Below are positions 46,023-56,491 of a stretch of DNA of 64,000 bases, in pieces. A program made the position numbers and the translations under genes. How positions within the stretch are numbered: position 1 is the first letter of the stretch; each line of letters begins with the position of its first letter. This DNA is from a virus. The notes beneath the pieces are model-generated. The model had not been told where the DNA came from, searched no databases, and worked only from the letters and a program-made list of their open reading frames with translations. The stretch spans positions 6,209 through 70,208 of the IMG/VR virus record IMGVR_UViG_3300044814_000017. One strand, given 5' to 3'.

Positions 46023-46510
46023 TGGCATTCAACCCGGCCCAGAATCCGCTATTGAATGATTTCCAAGGCGGTCAGATGACTGACCTCCCGGCTTATGCTG
46101 GGGGGGTTGATCTGACGGCATTGGTGGAAATTGTGTCTCCTGGCAATGCTGCGAACGGAGTTAATTATTCGATTACCTTAGCACAATTATTTGCCATTTT
46201 CAGTAGTTATCCAACTCCGACATTTATCATAGATGGATCAGTGTATCATTCCAGCGGATCGGATACGAGAATTCTGGTTAAGAAAACAATCGGATCAGCA
46301 ACGTCCGTTCTGCTCGCGAGCAGCACCGCATATTTGTTGCCTGTTCTGGTAAAGGATTTGAAGGGCGACGCCGACGCTAACCCGATTGCGGTTACGTTCA
46401 GTGGGGGTCAATTGTTGGACGGATTAGCGACGATAACGATCAACAATCCCTTTGGATATTTCTGGTTCAATCCTCTCGCTTCTGGGGGCTGGTATGATGC
46501 GGCGTTTTAA
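46022..46510 (+). CDS. Tail-associated protein
   Basis: VKDLKGDADANPIAV...DG...ITINN pattern seen in fibre-attachment domains. Confidence 0.65.
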   Translation: MAFNPAQNPLLNDFQGGQMTDLPAYAGGVDLTALVEIVSPGNAANGVNYSITLAQLFAIFSSYPTPTFIIDGSVYHSSGSDTRILVKKTIGSATSVLLASSTAYLLPVLVKDLKGDADANPIAVTFSGGQLLDGLATITINNPFGYFWFNPLASGGWYDAAF

Positions 46511-49500
46511 TATTCTGGTTGCTGCATTCCTGCTCGTTGGGGTGCCGGGCCAAGCCTTCGCGCAGTCGGGTTGCAGCGGTCAATTCCAGTCCGGGACGCT
46601 ATGTGGGAATCCTGCGGGAGCCTTGGGCATTCCGGGGCCTACCGCGTCGCCATTGCTAAAGGGCACGTTGACCATCACGCCGCCGTCTGGGGCCGTGCAA
46701 GCTCTCAACATTACGCAAACTGGCCCACCTAGCGGAACCATAAGTTCCGATTTTTCCTATAACATGATCACTATTACCGACACGGCGCGCATGGCGCCAG
46801 GAACCTTTACCAACGGGGTGCGCGTCCTCTACCAAGTAGACGGAATGCTTCCGCAGTCGGTCGGGAAGATCGCGCTGCAGGGTGATGTCTTTCATTTCAT
46901 CGCGGCCAGCGCCACCGGGGGCGACCTGATCGGCGTCGCCGGCGGGGCCAAGGCGGCGCAGCCAAATGGGGGCACCAATACCGGAGCGGGCGCCGGGGGT
47001 ACGCTGTACGCCAGCAGCTTTTCGGCGTGGGCCTTCGTCGGCGCGACGAACTACTTGGTGGTCTCAGGCGGCGAGGTCAACGCGCTGATCCTGCCCGGAG
47101 CGTCCGCCGCGCATCGCTGGGGCTGGAGCATCGTCGGGCTCGGCAACTTGCTGGGAGCGCAAACCGATGCCGCGCTGGAGATTGGTGCCGCTGGTGCCGG
47201 CGCACACAAGTTTGGCATCTTGCTCGACAGCGTACATGGAAGCGCGCCTATCACGTCCACCGGAACCGTTTTGGGTACGGATGGCGTTGCATTCAACGCC
47301 GCCAACGGGATTGACTTCAATGCGATAACGTTTTCTGGTTATATTTTCCGTGGACCGAACGCGAGGTTCTTTGTCGATAACAACGCCAACATTGGCGGTG
47401 CCACGCTCACGCTCGGGGTCGGCGGCAACGCGGCAACCGCCGCGTTCCTAGGAAGCGGGACCGGCGTTGCCACCATCGTCGCGCAGACCACAGCCGGGAC
47501 TCCAACCCTTGTTTTGCCAACATCAAGTGGAACGTTTGCGGTCAGCGCAACATCGCCATTGGCCATCAACGCGACGACGGGGGTTATCACTTGTACAACC
47601 TGCCTGACCGGCAACCAGACGATTACGCTTTCTGGCGACGTGTCCGGCTCCGGCACGACGGCTATTACGACAACGCTTGCGACCGTAAATACCAATGTTG
47701 GAACGTTTGGCAGTGCTACTCAGGTAGGTCAGTTCACCGTCAACGCAAAGGGGCTAGTTACTGCGGCGTCCAATGTCACGATTACAGGAGCGCCCCCGGG
47801 TGGTTCTGCCGGTGGCGATCTTACGGGAACCTACCCAAACCCGACGCTGGCCGCCATCATTTCCGCTGGCGGGCCTACGGGCAGCGCCACGGTTGCTCCC
47901 ATCATCACGTATGACGCCAAGGGGCGCCTGACTGCCGTAAGCTCAGCTACCGTCACCCCAGCGATTGGAAGCATCACGGGGCTCGGTACGGGCGTGGCGA
48001 CGGCATTGGCAATCAATATCGGCTCCGCTGGCGCTCCGGTGGTCTTTAACGGTGCAGGTGGAACACCATCATCGATCACACTGACGAATGCGAGCGGCAC
48101 GGCGGCGAGCCTGACGGCCGGCAATGTCACGACGAACGCTAACCTCACCGGAGATGTAACCAGCGTAGGCAACGCGACCACGCTGACCAATGCCCCGGTG
48201 ATTGCCAAGGTGCTCACCGGATATGTCAGCGGTGCAGGCACGGTTTCGGCGACAGACTCGATCCTGTCTGCATTCCAGAAGATCAACGGCAACGATGCGC
48301 TGAAACTTCCGCTGGCCGGCGGCACGATGTCCGGCGCGATTGCGATGGGCGGGAATAATATCACCGGCGTGCCGTTGATAACCGGAGGCGGTGCCGCAGG
48401 CTCAACGCTGGTGCTGGAAAGTACATCGGGAGTGGGCACGTCGGACAGCATTGTCTCCAAGACTGGCTCGCAGGTTACCCGTCAGACGATCGACACCAAT
48501 GGGAATTTCTCGTTCGGGGCTAACGTCCCCACGCCGTCGATCTTTGTCGATATCAACTCCAACGCATCGAATGCACTGGGGCCAGCGACTACACCGCTTT
48601 TGCGACTGGTGAATGCGGACGGCACCGATACAAAATTACAGATGATCTCGACTGGCGCCACAGGGGGAAATGGCATTCAAGGCGCCGTTGCAGGTGGCAC
48701 GTTGGCCTCACCATCCGCCACGGCCAGCGGCAAGACGATGCACAACTTAGTGGGCTACGCGTTCGGCGCGACGGCTTGGCATCTGAACTCCGCAATCCAG
48801 CTACTCACCGCCGAAACGCAATCGGACACGGCGTGGGGCAGCACGATCAAGTTTCTGATAACGCCAAACACCACTGCGACAATCGCAACGGCGGGGCAGT
48901 TTTATAACAGCGGAGGCCTAGCGATCGGCACCGCAGCCGATCCCGGCATCAACGCGCTTGGCGCCGCTACGGTTAAAACCAGCGCGCTTAACCTGCGCTC
49001 ATCCGGCGCCGCGTTCGATACAATCTTTGCGAGCACAGAAGTCCTCACCGCCAACCGCACGCTCACGCTTACGCTCAACGATGCGAACCGCACGCTCAAC
49101 TTGGGCGGCAATCTCACGACGGCGGCGGCATTCACCACGTCGGGCGCGAACTCCCTCACGTTGACCACGACCGGGTCAACCAACGTGACGCTGCCAACTA
49201 CTGGCACTTTGGCAACCCTCGCCGGGTCCGAGGAACTTACCAACAAGACGCTGAACGCGTCGATTGGGAAGGGCACATGGACCGCCTCCGGGACGTGGAC
49301 GCTGCCAGTCTTCACGCTGGGCGGCACGGTCTCTGGTGGCGGCAATCAAATCAACAACGTCATCATTGGCACTAGCACGCCGCTGGCTGGGACTTTCACG
49401 ACCCTGACTGCCACCGCTGGCTCGCTAACCGGTCTGACGACTTTTGCCATCCGCGATACTAGCGCCGCTTTTGATGTGACGATTGCGGCCACGTCATCAA

Positions 49501-50300
49501 GCGCGCTTTCTGCTGGACGCACGCTTACGCTTGATGTGGGCAACGTCGCGCATACCCTGAAGCTAGGCACTACGGCCAATACCATCACATTCCCCAACGT
49601 CGCCTCCGATACCGTGGCCATGCTTGGTGTCACGCAGACCTTGACTGGCGTTAACACGTTCACCAAGAACGCCCACTATCAGGTGGTGGGCGGCACAGGT
49701 GCAGGTTTCTGGCTCGATAGCGTGACGACTGGCGCGGATCGCTGGTTCTTTGGTTCTGATGCTGGTACCGCCGATGTCTTTCGTATTTTTAGCGTTCTGG
49801 CTGGCGGTAATATTTTGCAATATGCGGCAAATGCTACGCCATCTGCAGGGATTATGACAATTCAAGGCAACATCGTTGCAACCGGAGCATTGACCGCAAC
49901 TTTATCCAATGTAGCCACTACCAGCGCCGTTTGCTATAATACCAGCACGGGGGTAATTACCTATGACGGCACGATCGGAACTTGCACGGTCTCGGATGAG
50001 AGACTGAAGAAGCGAGTTGGGCCAATCCAGAATGCGCTGGAAAGACTTCTCACAATCGATGGATTCTATTACACATGGAAAGATGCGTCGCTGGGAACGG
50101 GCTTGCAAATCGGCGTTGGTGCACAGACAGTTGAGCGAGTATTTCCAGAATTGGTGCAGACAGACGCCAATGGACGCAAGAGTGCAGACTATCAGCGGCT
50201 AACGGCACCAATCATTGAGGCGATACGTGAGTTGAAGGCGGACAATGACAATCTTAGGATAGACGTTCTGGCTCTCAGGACTGCTATAGGAAAAAGATAG
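46494..50300 (+). CDS. Tail fibre with C-terminal intramolecular chaperone (Peptidase S74) and signal-peptide-like N-terminus
   Basis: Gly/Thr/Ala-rich; SDERLK...GVGAQTVERVFPELV...DYQRL...EAIREL. Confidence 0.88.
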   Translation: MMRRFNILVAAFLLVGVPGQAFAQSGCSGQFQSGTLCGNPAGALGIPGPTASPLLKGTLTITPPSGAVQALNITQTGPPSGTISSDFSYNMITITDTARMAPGTFTNGVRVLYQVDGMLPQSVGKIALQGDVFHFIAASATGGDLIGVAGGAKAAQPNGGTNTGAGAGGTLYASSFSAWAFVGATNYLVVSGGEVNALILPGASAAHRWGWSIVGLGNLLGAQTDAALEIGAAGAGAHKFGILLDSVHGSAPITSTGTVLGTDGVAFNAANGIDFNAITFSGYIFRGPNARFFVDNNANIGGATLTLGVGGNAATAAFLGSGTGVATIVAQTTAGTPTLVLPTSSGTFAVSATSPLAINATTGVITCTTCLTGNQTITLSGDVSGSGTTAITTTLATVNTNVGTFGSATQVGQFTVNAKGLVTAASNVTITGAPPGGSAGGDLTGTYPNPTLAAIISAGGPTGSATVAPIITYDAKGRLTAVSSATVTPAIGSITGLGTGVATALAINIGSAGAPVVFNGAGGTPSSITLTNASGTAASLTAGNVTTNANLTGDVTSVGNATTLTNAPVIAKVLTGYVSGAGTVSATDSILSAFQKINGNDALKLPLAGGTMSGAIAMGGNNITGVPLITGGGAAGSTLVLESTSGVGTSDSIVSKTGSQVTRQTIDTNGNFSFGANVPTPSIFVDINSNASNALGPATTPLLRLVNADGTDTKLQMISTGATGGNGIQGAVAGGTLASPSATASGKTMHNLVGYAFGATAWHLNSAIQLLTAETQSDTAWGSTIKFLITPNTTATIATAGQFYNSGGLAIGTAADPGINALGAATVKTSALNLRSSGAAFDTIFASTEVLTANRTLTLTLNDANRTLNLGGNLTTAAAFTTSGANSLTLTTTGSTNVTLPTTGTLATLAGSEELTNKTLNASIGKGTWTASGTWTLPVFTLGGTVSGGGNQINNVIIGTSTPLAGTFTTLTATAGSLTGLTTFAIRDTSAAFDVTIAATSSSALSAGRTLTLDVGNVAHTLKLGTTANTITFPNVASDTVAMLGVTQTLTGVNTFTKNAHYQVVGGTGAGFWLDSVTTGADRWFFGSDAGTADVFRIFSVLAGGNILQYAANATPSAGIMTIQGNIVATGALTATLSNVATTSAVCYNTSTGVITYDGTIGTCTVSDERLKKRVGPIQNALERLLTIDGFYYTWKDASLGTGLQIGVGAQTVERVFPELVQTDANGRKSADYQRLTAPIIEAIRELKADNDNLRIDVLALRTAIGKR

Positions 50301-50311
50301 GACGCAGAACA

Positions 50312-50476
50312 ATGACGAAGGTTCTTTTGATCTTACTATCCTTAGCGAGCGGGAAACACGAGCCAATCCCTAACCCCAATCCGTTCTTTGCCGACATGGC
50401 CGCATGCGGGGAGGCGGGCAAGGCCCATCAGGCGAAGAAGGCGGGCAACTCTTATGCCTGTGTTCCACTATCATGA
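50312..50476 (+). CDS. 54-aa protein with hydrophobic leader and two Cys (not in the ORF track)
   Basis: MTKVLLILLSLASG...C...YACVPLS*. Confidence 0.5.
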   Translation: MTKVLLILLSLASGKHEPIPNPNPFFADMAACGEAGKAHQAKKAGNSYACVPLS

Positions 50477-50534
50477 GGGGGACATCATATTGCCTGCACC
50501 CCCCTCCAACTGAACAAACCTTGGTGAGGCTGCC

Positions 50535-50981
50535 ATGATGATCTTGAAAGTGATTGCGGTGTTGATCGCGATGGTTTTGCCCTCTTTTGCCCAAGGGCCA
50601 GAGGGAACTTGCTACGGATGTTTCAGCCTAACCGTGACGTGTAATAAGGATAGTTGCTTAAGAGAATATATGACCATGGCGGGTGAAGAAATTGACGCGT
50701 CGCCGTGGGTTTTTGCGCAAGCAACATCGCCTCCAATACCCATCTCGCCAACCGATCAAGAAATTACTGAGGCCTATGCGCTCTGCAACAAGCCCGAGAA
50801 CCGCGTAGGCATCGGATCGGTTGGAAACAGGCCTTCCGGCGCTGGAGGGTACGAGTTGGAGATAAAGGACAAATGCAGCAAGGTCGATGCAGAGTACCAG
50901 CGGCGCGACATTGCAGCAAAGGCCAAGAAGGTTGATGATTTGAAGAGACTGGATTCGCTTATCGGGAGAATGTCGAAGTGA
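50535..50981 (+). CDS. Cys-rich protein with signal peptide
   Basis: MMILKVIAVLIAMVLPSFA-Q; six Cys. Confidence 0.65.
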   Translation: MMILKVIAVLIAMVLPSFAQGPEGTCYGCFSLTVTCNKDSCLREYMTMAGEEIDASPWVFAQATSPPIPISPTDQEITEAYALCNKPENRVGIGSVGNRPSGAGGYELEIKDKCSKVDAEYQRRDIAAKAKKVDDLKRLDSLIGRMSK

Positions 50982-51247
50982 AGAAGAATATCGCAGCATT
51001 TCTAGCACGGTGTGGGCTTGCTCTTGTGCTTTCGGCAACGCCGATCCTTGCTCAACAGCAACCCGCACCACGCCAAATGACGGCAACCGAAACCACGGGA
51101 GCGCTCACTGCGGCCCTTGATCAGGCCAACTACGCCCGGTCCATGCATATACAAGCTGAGGCGCGGGCGGCCGGGCTTGCGGACGAATTGGCCAAGGCGC
51201 AGGCTCGTATCAAGGAGTTGGAAGCGAAGCCTGAGGCCAAGCCGTAA
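50978..51247 (+). CDS. Coiled-coil protein with signal peptide
   Basis: MKKNIAAFLARCGLALVLSATPILA-Q. Confidence 0.65.
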   Translation: MKKNIAAFLARCGLALVLSATPILAQQQPAPRQMTATETTGALTAALDQANYARSMHIQAEARAAGLADELAKAQARIKELEAKPEAKP

Positions 51248-51945
51248 TGAGTATGACTTATGCCACGTTCACGGCGTCGACCGCTAACTTCTTGGTGGTT
51301 CCAGTTGCGGACGTGAACTACGTGGACGCTCTTCCGAATATCATTGATGATGCTGAGCAGCGGCTTTACCGTGACTTGGACTTGCTCAATACCATCGTGC
51401 AAGATTCCTCTCAATTTTTTACGGGTAACCAGATTACAATTCCGTCTGCCTTTCTTGTTGTGCAAGACATCAATGTCTATACGCCAGTAGGCCCCCCTAC
51501 GGGAAATTCTTCGCGCAATCCATTATTGCCTGCTTCAAAGGAGATGATTTACGCCCTCTTTCCAGGCACGGTAGGGAGCGCATTTCCTCTGTATTTCGCC
51601 CCGATCACGCAAAACACGTTCATCGTTGGGCCATTCCCAGATAGGGCATATTATTACGAGGTGGTTGGGACACAGCGGCCCGCGCCATTATCCCCATCCA
51701 ATACGACGACCCTGCTTACGGCCTATTTCCCAGACCTGTTTTTAGCGGCTAGCCTTGCGATGGGAGCCGGCTATCTCAAAGATTTTGGCGCTGCGACGGA
51801 TGACCCTCAATCCGGCATGTCGTGGGAGAAGAAATATACTACCCAATTGAAATCTGCTATTACGGAAGAGGCACGCAAGAAGTTTCAGGATGAGGGGTGG
51901 GGTTCGCTTTCGACGGGACCGGCTGCGACGCCACCAAGGACGTAG
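51247..51945 (+). CDS. Adaptor/tail tubular-like protein
   Basis: IIDDAEQRLYRDL, VGPFPD, PDLFLAAS. Confidence 0.7.
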   Translation: MSMTYATFTASTANFLVVPVADVNYVDALPNIIDDAEQRLYRDLDLLNTIVQDSSQFFTGNQITIPSAFLVVQDINVYTPVGPPTGNSSRNPLLPASKEMIYALFPGTVGSAFPLYFAPITQNTFIVGPFPDRAYYYEVVGTQRPAPLSPSNTTTLLTAYFPDLFLAASLAMGAGYLKDFGAATDDPQSGMSWEKKYTTQLKSAITEEARKKFQDEGWGSLSTGPAATPPRT

Positions 51946-51960
51946 CGCGAGGAGGCATCT

Positions 51961-52938
51961 GTGGTTGACCCGACTACGGTTAATGTTGCGCTAATTGTCC
52001 CGAACACAGGGGCCGATGTTGGAACTTGGGGAGTTGTAGCGCTAAATCCGGATTTTGTCTCCATTGATGGTTTCTTGGGTGGCGTGGTCACTATCGGCGT
52101 ATCCAACATCCCTGTTACGCTCACAGCTCCTGCGGGAGCCATCACACCATCCCAAGGGCCTACGCAATCTCAAAACGCTGTCCTGCGGTTCACTGGCGCT
52201 ATCTCTGCAAATGTGCAGGTTACCCTTCCGTTGCCGGGCTACATGATCATTGAAAACCTGACGACTGGCGCCTTCGTTCTTAGTTTTCGTGCGGTCGGGT
52301 CAGGTCAGGTCATAGGTACGGCGCAAGGGTCCATCCGGCATATTTATAGCGACGGCACGAATGTCAGATTCGTCAATTTGCCTGATCCGGGGACTTATTG
52401 GGATTTGGCTGCTTCCACGGTCCCGGCATGGGTCTCGGCTTGTACTGTGCCGCCATGGTTGAATTGCGATGGCAGTGTGTTCAGCGCGGCCACCTACCCA
52501 TATTTGAATGCTGTTTTGGGAGGGACGATTCTTCCTGATTTGAGAGGCCGTAATCGTTACAGCCTCAATCAGGGAACGGGGAGGCTTACTTCCGCTGGCT
52601 CTGGTATTGACGGCAACACGTTGCTGGCTGCAGGCGGCACAAACGGCGCAATGCTCGCTGCAAACCAGATACCGGCTGGCGTCCCATCTTCGAATGGGGC
52701 ACAGGTTATTGCCGTGACGAGTAATAGACTGCTGATTGATGCCACTGGCGTCTTACAGGATTTCAATCCGGTGACCGCTTCAGGATTTAGAGCACCAAAT
52801 AATACAGCAGCGTTGCGGGCTCAAGACTCGTCTGGCAGCAATGCGATTAGTGTCGTTTCCACTAATGCCGGACAAGTAGCCCTTGGGAGCACAACCCCAG
52901 GCGTTGCGGCGGGGATCACACTCATTAGAGCGGCCTAA
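51961..52938 (+). CDS. Tail protein with tail-collar domain
   Basis: WLNCDGSVFSAATYPYL...LPDLRGR. Confidence 0.85.
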   Translation: MVDPTTVNVALIVPNTGADVGTWGVVALNPDFVSIDGFLGGVVTIGVSNIPVTLTAPAGAITPSQGPTQSQNAVLRFTGAISANVQVTLPLPGYMIIENLTTGAFVLSFRAVGSGQVIGTAQGSIRHIYSDGTNVRFVNLPDPGTYWDLAASTVPAWVSACTVPPWLNCDGSVFSAATYPYLNAVLGGTILPDLRGRNRYSLNQGTGRLTSAGSGIDGNTLLAAGGTNGAMLAANQIPAGVPSSNGAQVIAVTSNRLLIDATGVLQDFNPVTASGFRAPNNTAALRAQDSSGSNAISVVSTNAGQVALGSTTPGVAAGITLIRAA

Positions 52939-52956
52939 GCCAAAGGTAAAAGACGG

Positions 52957-55017
52957 ATGCCTTTTGGTTCAGTCAGATTAGTTCCCGGCGTCAATATTGA
53001 GAGGACGCCGACCCTGCTTGAAGCTGGCTACAATGCCACTGCGCTTGGGCGGTTCCGGGATGGCATATTCCAAAAATACGGCGGGTGGTCATTGTTCTAT
53101 GGCCTCACCATCCCCGGTGTGCCGCGCGACATGCACGCATGGAGCGATCTAAATTCGGTCAATCGTCTTTTGGTCGGGACCACGACGCAACTTGGTGTTA
53201 TCACAAACGGATCATTGCAGGACATCACGCCGCAGACTTTAACGACAAACGGGCAGTTGTTCCAAACGATATTGGGCAGCCCTCTGGTCGAAGTCACGGA
53301 TACTGCAATCTCGAACGTTACCGTTTATGATTCGGCGCTTTTCGATACGCCAGTAGCCATCGGCGGTTTAATTTTGGCGGGCCTTTACCAAATCGTATCT
53401 GTGACTGGGGCCAACAAATATAAAATAAACGCTGGCGTAAATGCCGCATCAAACGCAGGCCCCGGAGTAAGTGTTCCGGTGTTCACGACTGCGGTCAGTA
53501 CGTCATTGATTAACGTCAATTTGACCGCACATAATGCGGCGTTGAACAGCACCGTTGTGTTCCGGACCCCAACAACTGGAAATGGGGTGACAATATCAGG
53601 TGCTTACACGGTAGCTTCGGTTGTGGATGCCAATAACTTCACGATTAACGGACCAACCATAGCATCGGCATCCGGATCGTTCTCGATGAACGGCGGGGCA
53701 TCACAACTGACCTACTACATTGCTTTGGGGCCGCCTCCTATAGGGTCTGGTTATGGTCTGGGCGGCTATGGTCTGGGGGGGTATGGGACTGGTGTCAGCG
53801 CTCCGAACCAGACCGGGAATCCGATTACGTCAACGGATTGCACAAGTGATAATTGGGGGCAGATAGCGATTGCTTGCCCAGAGAACGGAGGTGTTTATTA
53901 TTGGGACCCCAACGGCGGATTTACCAATGCGTCGTTGATTGCTTCTGGTCCGACATTCAACCGAGGAATTTTTGTCTCGACCTCACAGCAAATCCTTATC
54001 GCGTATGGTTCGACTATTAATGAGACAACCAATGGCGGATTCGGGCTACAGCAAGACCCGATGATTGTTGCGTGGTGCGAGCCGGAGGACTTCTTTACTT
54101 GGTTGGCTACGGATACCAACCTTGCCGGAAATTACCGGATACCTACCGGCTCAAGTATTGTTGTCGGACTTGCTGTTGCCAACCAAAACCTGATCTGGAC
54201 CGATCTTGACTTGTGGGTGATGAACTTCATTGGATACCCGGACACATTCGGATTTAACAAGATCGGGTCCGGTGCTGGCGCATGCTCCAGCCACTCAGTA
54301 CAGCCGTTGCGTGGCGGAGTATATTGGATGGGGAAGTCGAACTTCTATGCGTTCACTGGCGGGAACGTGACGGTTATTCCGTGCCCGGTATGGGATGCTG
54401 TGTTCCAGAATTTAAATACGGCTTACATCAAGAACGTGCGCGCCATGCCGAATACGCCGTTCAACGAGGCTGGATGGCTCTATCCATCGGCAGCGAGCGT
54501 CAATGGAGAGAACGATTCGTATGTAAAGTTCAACATCAGCGAGCCTGGTGCGCCATGGGATTATGGCCAGTTGGCGCGGTCGGCATGGATTGACCAGACC
54601 GTGCTTGGGCCTCCGATTGGCGCGCTGCCCGCAGGCGTGGTCTACCAGCACGAGACGGGGAATGATGCGGCCGGCGCTCCGATGTTCTCAGGGTTTCGAT
54701 CGGGTTATTTTGAATTGGGAGATGGCGAGGATTTTATTGAGGTTGACCAAGTGTTCCCGGACTTCAAATGGGGGACGTTTGCCGGTTTACAGACGGCGCA
54801 AGTCCTTCTGGTATTCTTTGTCCGAGATTCGGCGGGAGATGAAACAGGCACTGGCGTAAGGCAGTATGGTCCATATACAGTGACCGCCAATACGCCGTAT
54901 ATTTCGGTCAGGTTCCGGGGGCGGCAGATGGCCGTCGGCGCGGCGTCATCCGACCTTGGAAGCTTCTGGCGGTTGGGCCGGATTAGGTATCGCTACCGGA
55001 AAAGCGGGAGACGTTGA
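52957..55017 (+). CDS. Tail nozzle / DNA stabilization protein (P22 gp10-like)
   Basis: 686 aa beta-rich; PGVN, RFRDG..QKYGGW, terminal RFRGRQ...WRLG...GRR. Confidence 0.7.
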   Translation: MPFGSVRLVPGVNIERTPTLLEAGYNATALGRFRDGIFQKYGGWSLFYGLTIPGVPRDMHAWSDLNSVNRLLVGTTTQLGVITNGSLQDITPQTLTTNGQLFQTILGSPLVEVTDTAISNVTVYDSALFDTPVAIGGLILAGLYQIVSVTGANKYKINAGVNAASNAGPGVSVPVFTTAVSTSLINVNLTAHNAALNSTVVFRTPTTGNGVTISGAYTVASVVDANNFTINGPTIASASGSFSMNGGASQLTYYIALGPPPIGSGYGLGGYGLGGYGTGVSAPNQTGNPITSTDCTSDNWGQIAIACPENGGVYYWDPNGGFTNASLIASGPTFNRGIFVSTSQQILIAYGSTINETTNGGFGLQQDPMIVAWCEPEDFFTWLATDTNLAGNYRIPTGSSIVVGLAVANQNLIWTDLDLWVMNFIGYPDTFGFNKIGSGAGACSSHSVQPLRGGVYWMGKSNFYAFTGGNVTVIPCPVWDAVFQNLNTAYIKNVRAMPNTPFNEAGWLYPSAASVNGENDSYVKFNISEPGAPWDYGQLARSAWIDQTVLGPPIGALPAGVVYQHETGNDAAGAPMFSGFRSGYFELGDGEDFIEVDQVFPDFKWGTFAGLQTAQVLLVFFVRDSAGDETGTGVRQYGPYTVTANTPYISVRFRGRQMAVGAASSDLGSFWRLGRIRYRYRKSGRR

Positions 55018-55262
55018 TGGCGGAAAGCGACGATAGTGGCTTGAGTGGAATGCTCGGTACGCTCAATTCCACTCAAGCGCAGGGTGTTAAATATATCGGC
55101 CTGCTCATTCAGGCGATTCGCGAGGCATTTCCGAACTGGGTTAATGTGCCAGCGTCGGCGACTGCGCCGGGTGTAGCGGGGCAGGTGGCTTACGCGCCTG
55201 GATTCCTATACATTTGCGTTAGCTCGAACACATGGCAGCGCGTTGCCATAGCGACATTCTGA
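55014..55262 (+). CDS. Small tail protein
   Basis: PASATAPGVAGQVAY...LYICVSSNTWQR trimerisation-like motif. Confidence 0.65.
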   Translation: MMAESDDSGLSGMLGTLNSTQAQGVKYIGLLIQAIREAFPNWVNVPASATAPGVAGQVAYAPGFLYICVSSNTWQRVAIATF

Positions 55263-55693
55263 TGGCTGATGCACTAGAAATTGCCCGCAAGGTCCGCCGC
55301 GCCAAAGGTGGGGCTGTTCATGTTGGGCCGATTGACAGTGACGTTCCCGGCCGCACAGACAAACACGAAATGGACGTAGAGGAAGGCTCCTACGTCTTGC
55401 CCAGTGAGACGGTATCCCACCTAGGCGAGAACAACACTGAGGCGGGCTACAGGGTTGCCAAGCAAATGTTTCCCCATAGCGGGCGGCGTACCATCAAAAT
55501 CAAGCGAGCGAAGGGCGGCGCTGTCCCCGTGGTTACAGCCGGAGGCGAGTTCATAGTGAGTCCGCGCGACGTTAAACGCATCGGTGGCGGCGATCTGGCG
55601 CACGGCCACAAAATCCTAGACCACTTCGTTATCATGCAACGCAAGAACCATATCGAAACCTTAAATTCGCTTGAACCTCCAGCGCAGGACTAA
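55262..55693 (+). CDS. Conserved protein with two RAKGGAV motifs and a duplicated G(S/E)(Y/F)(V/I) module
   Basis: GRTD...EGSYVLP..VSHLG and GGEFIVSP..VKRIG. Confidence 0.75.
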   Translation: MADALEIARKVRRAKGGAVHVGPIDSDVPGRTDKHEMDVEEGSYVLPSETVSHLGENNTEAGYRVAKQMFPHSGRRTIKIKRAKGGAVPVVTAGGEFIVSPRDVKRIGGGDLAHGHKILDHFVIMQRKNHIETLNSLEPPAQD

Positions 55694-55695
55694 AA

Positions 55696-56238
55696 ATGGG
55701 TGCTACTTTACAAGAGCAAAAAGTCACTGGAACTTTGCTGGATATGTTTTTGTCCTACAATCCTGATACTGGGATGTTTATACGTAAGCTGTCTACCAAT
55801 TCCAAGTCTAGAGCAGGGGATTATGTTACAGTAAAAAATGACGAAGGCTACATCATCGTTACGGTGATGGGTGCTCGCCTGCGAGCGCATCGAGTGGCTT
55901 GGGTATGGATGACAGGAAGATGGCCAGAGCTAGACATTGATCACATAAACGGTGATCGATCTGATAACCGTTTCCTTAATTTGAGGCAGGCCACACGGTC
56001 GCAAAATCTGCAAAACGCTGGGTTACGTCTTAGCAACAAGACTGGGCATAAGGGCGTCCATTTCTGTCACGAGCGGCAGAAGTATGTAGCCCAGATAAAA
56101 ATCAACAAATGGCCCAAGGTTCTTGGACGGTTCCAAACATTAGAGGCTGCTATTGAAGCTAGGCAAGCGGCAGAGAAAGAATTCTATGGAGAGTTTGCGT
56201 CTCCAGCCCGACCTATTTTTGAAAAAAGGAGAACCTAA
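55696..56238 (+). CDS. HNH endonuclease with AP2 domain
   Basis: AHRVAW, IDHINGDRSDNRFLNL, GHKGV, YGEFA. Confidence 0.92.
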   Translation: MGATLQEQKVTGTLLDMFLSYNPDTGMFIRKLSTNSKSRAGDYVTVKNDEGYIIVTVMGARLRAHRVAWVWMTGRWPELDIDHINGDRSDNRFLNLRQATRSQNLQNAGLRLSNKTGHKGVHFCHERQKYVAQIKINKWPKVLGRFQTLEAAIEARQAAEKEFYGEFASPARPIFEKRRT

Positions 56239-56239
56239 A

Positions 56240-56491
56240 ATGAAAGATGCTGCGCCGATTACTTTCGTAAACACGTTGGCCGTTAGTGGCCACAATAATG
56301 GCGTTGTCAATTTGGCATTCTCCACCGCGTCCTTCGTTCCAAAACAGGATGGTGAGCAGACTATAGTGGCGATTGACGAGTTCATTTCATCCAATCTTCG
56401 GATGGATTTGTTCTGCGCCCAGCAACTTCACGATTCTTTAGGGAAAATTCTGGCGCAGCAGACAAAGCCGAACCCGCAAGGCATGAACTGA
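56240..56491 (+). CDS. Hypothetical protein
   Basis: AGGAG RBS; 83 aa. Confidence 0.7.
   Translation: MKDAAPITFVNTLAVSGHNNGVVNLAFSTASFVPKQDGEQTIVAIDEFISSNLRMDLFCAQQLHDSLGKILAQQTKPNPQGMN

Noticed and set aside
46656-49865. Long antisense ORFs under the tail fibre and other structural genes
   Set aside because: Expected shadows of GC-rich, Gly/Ala/Thr-rich sense genes; no recognisable motifs
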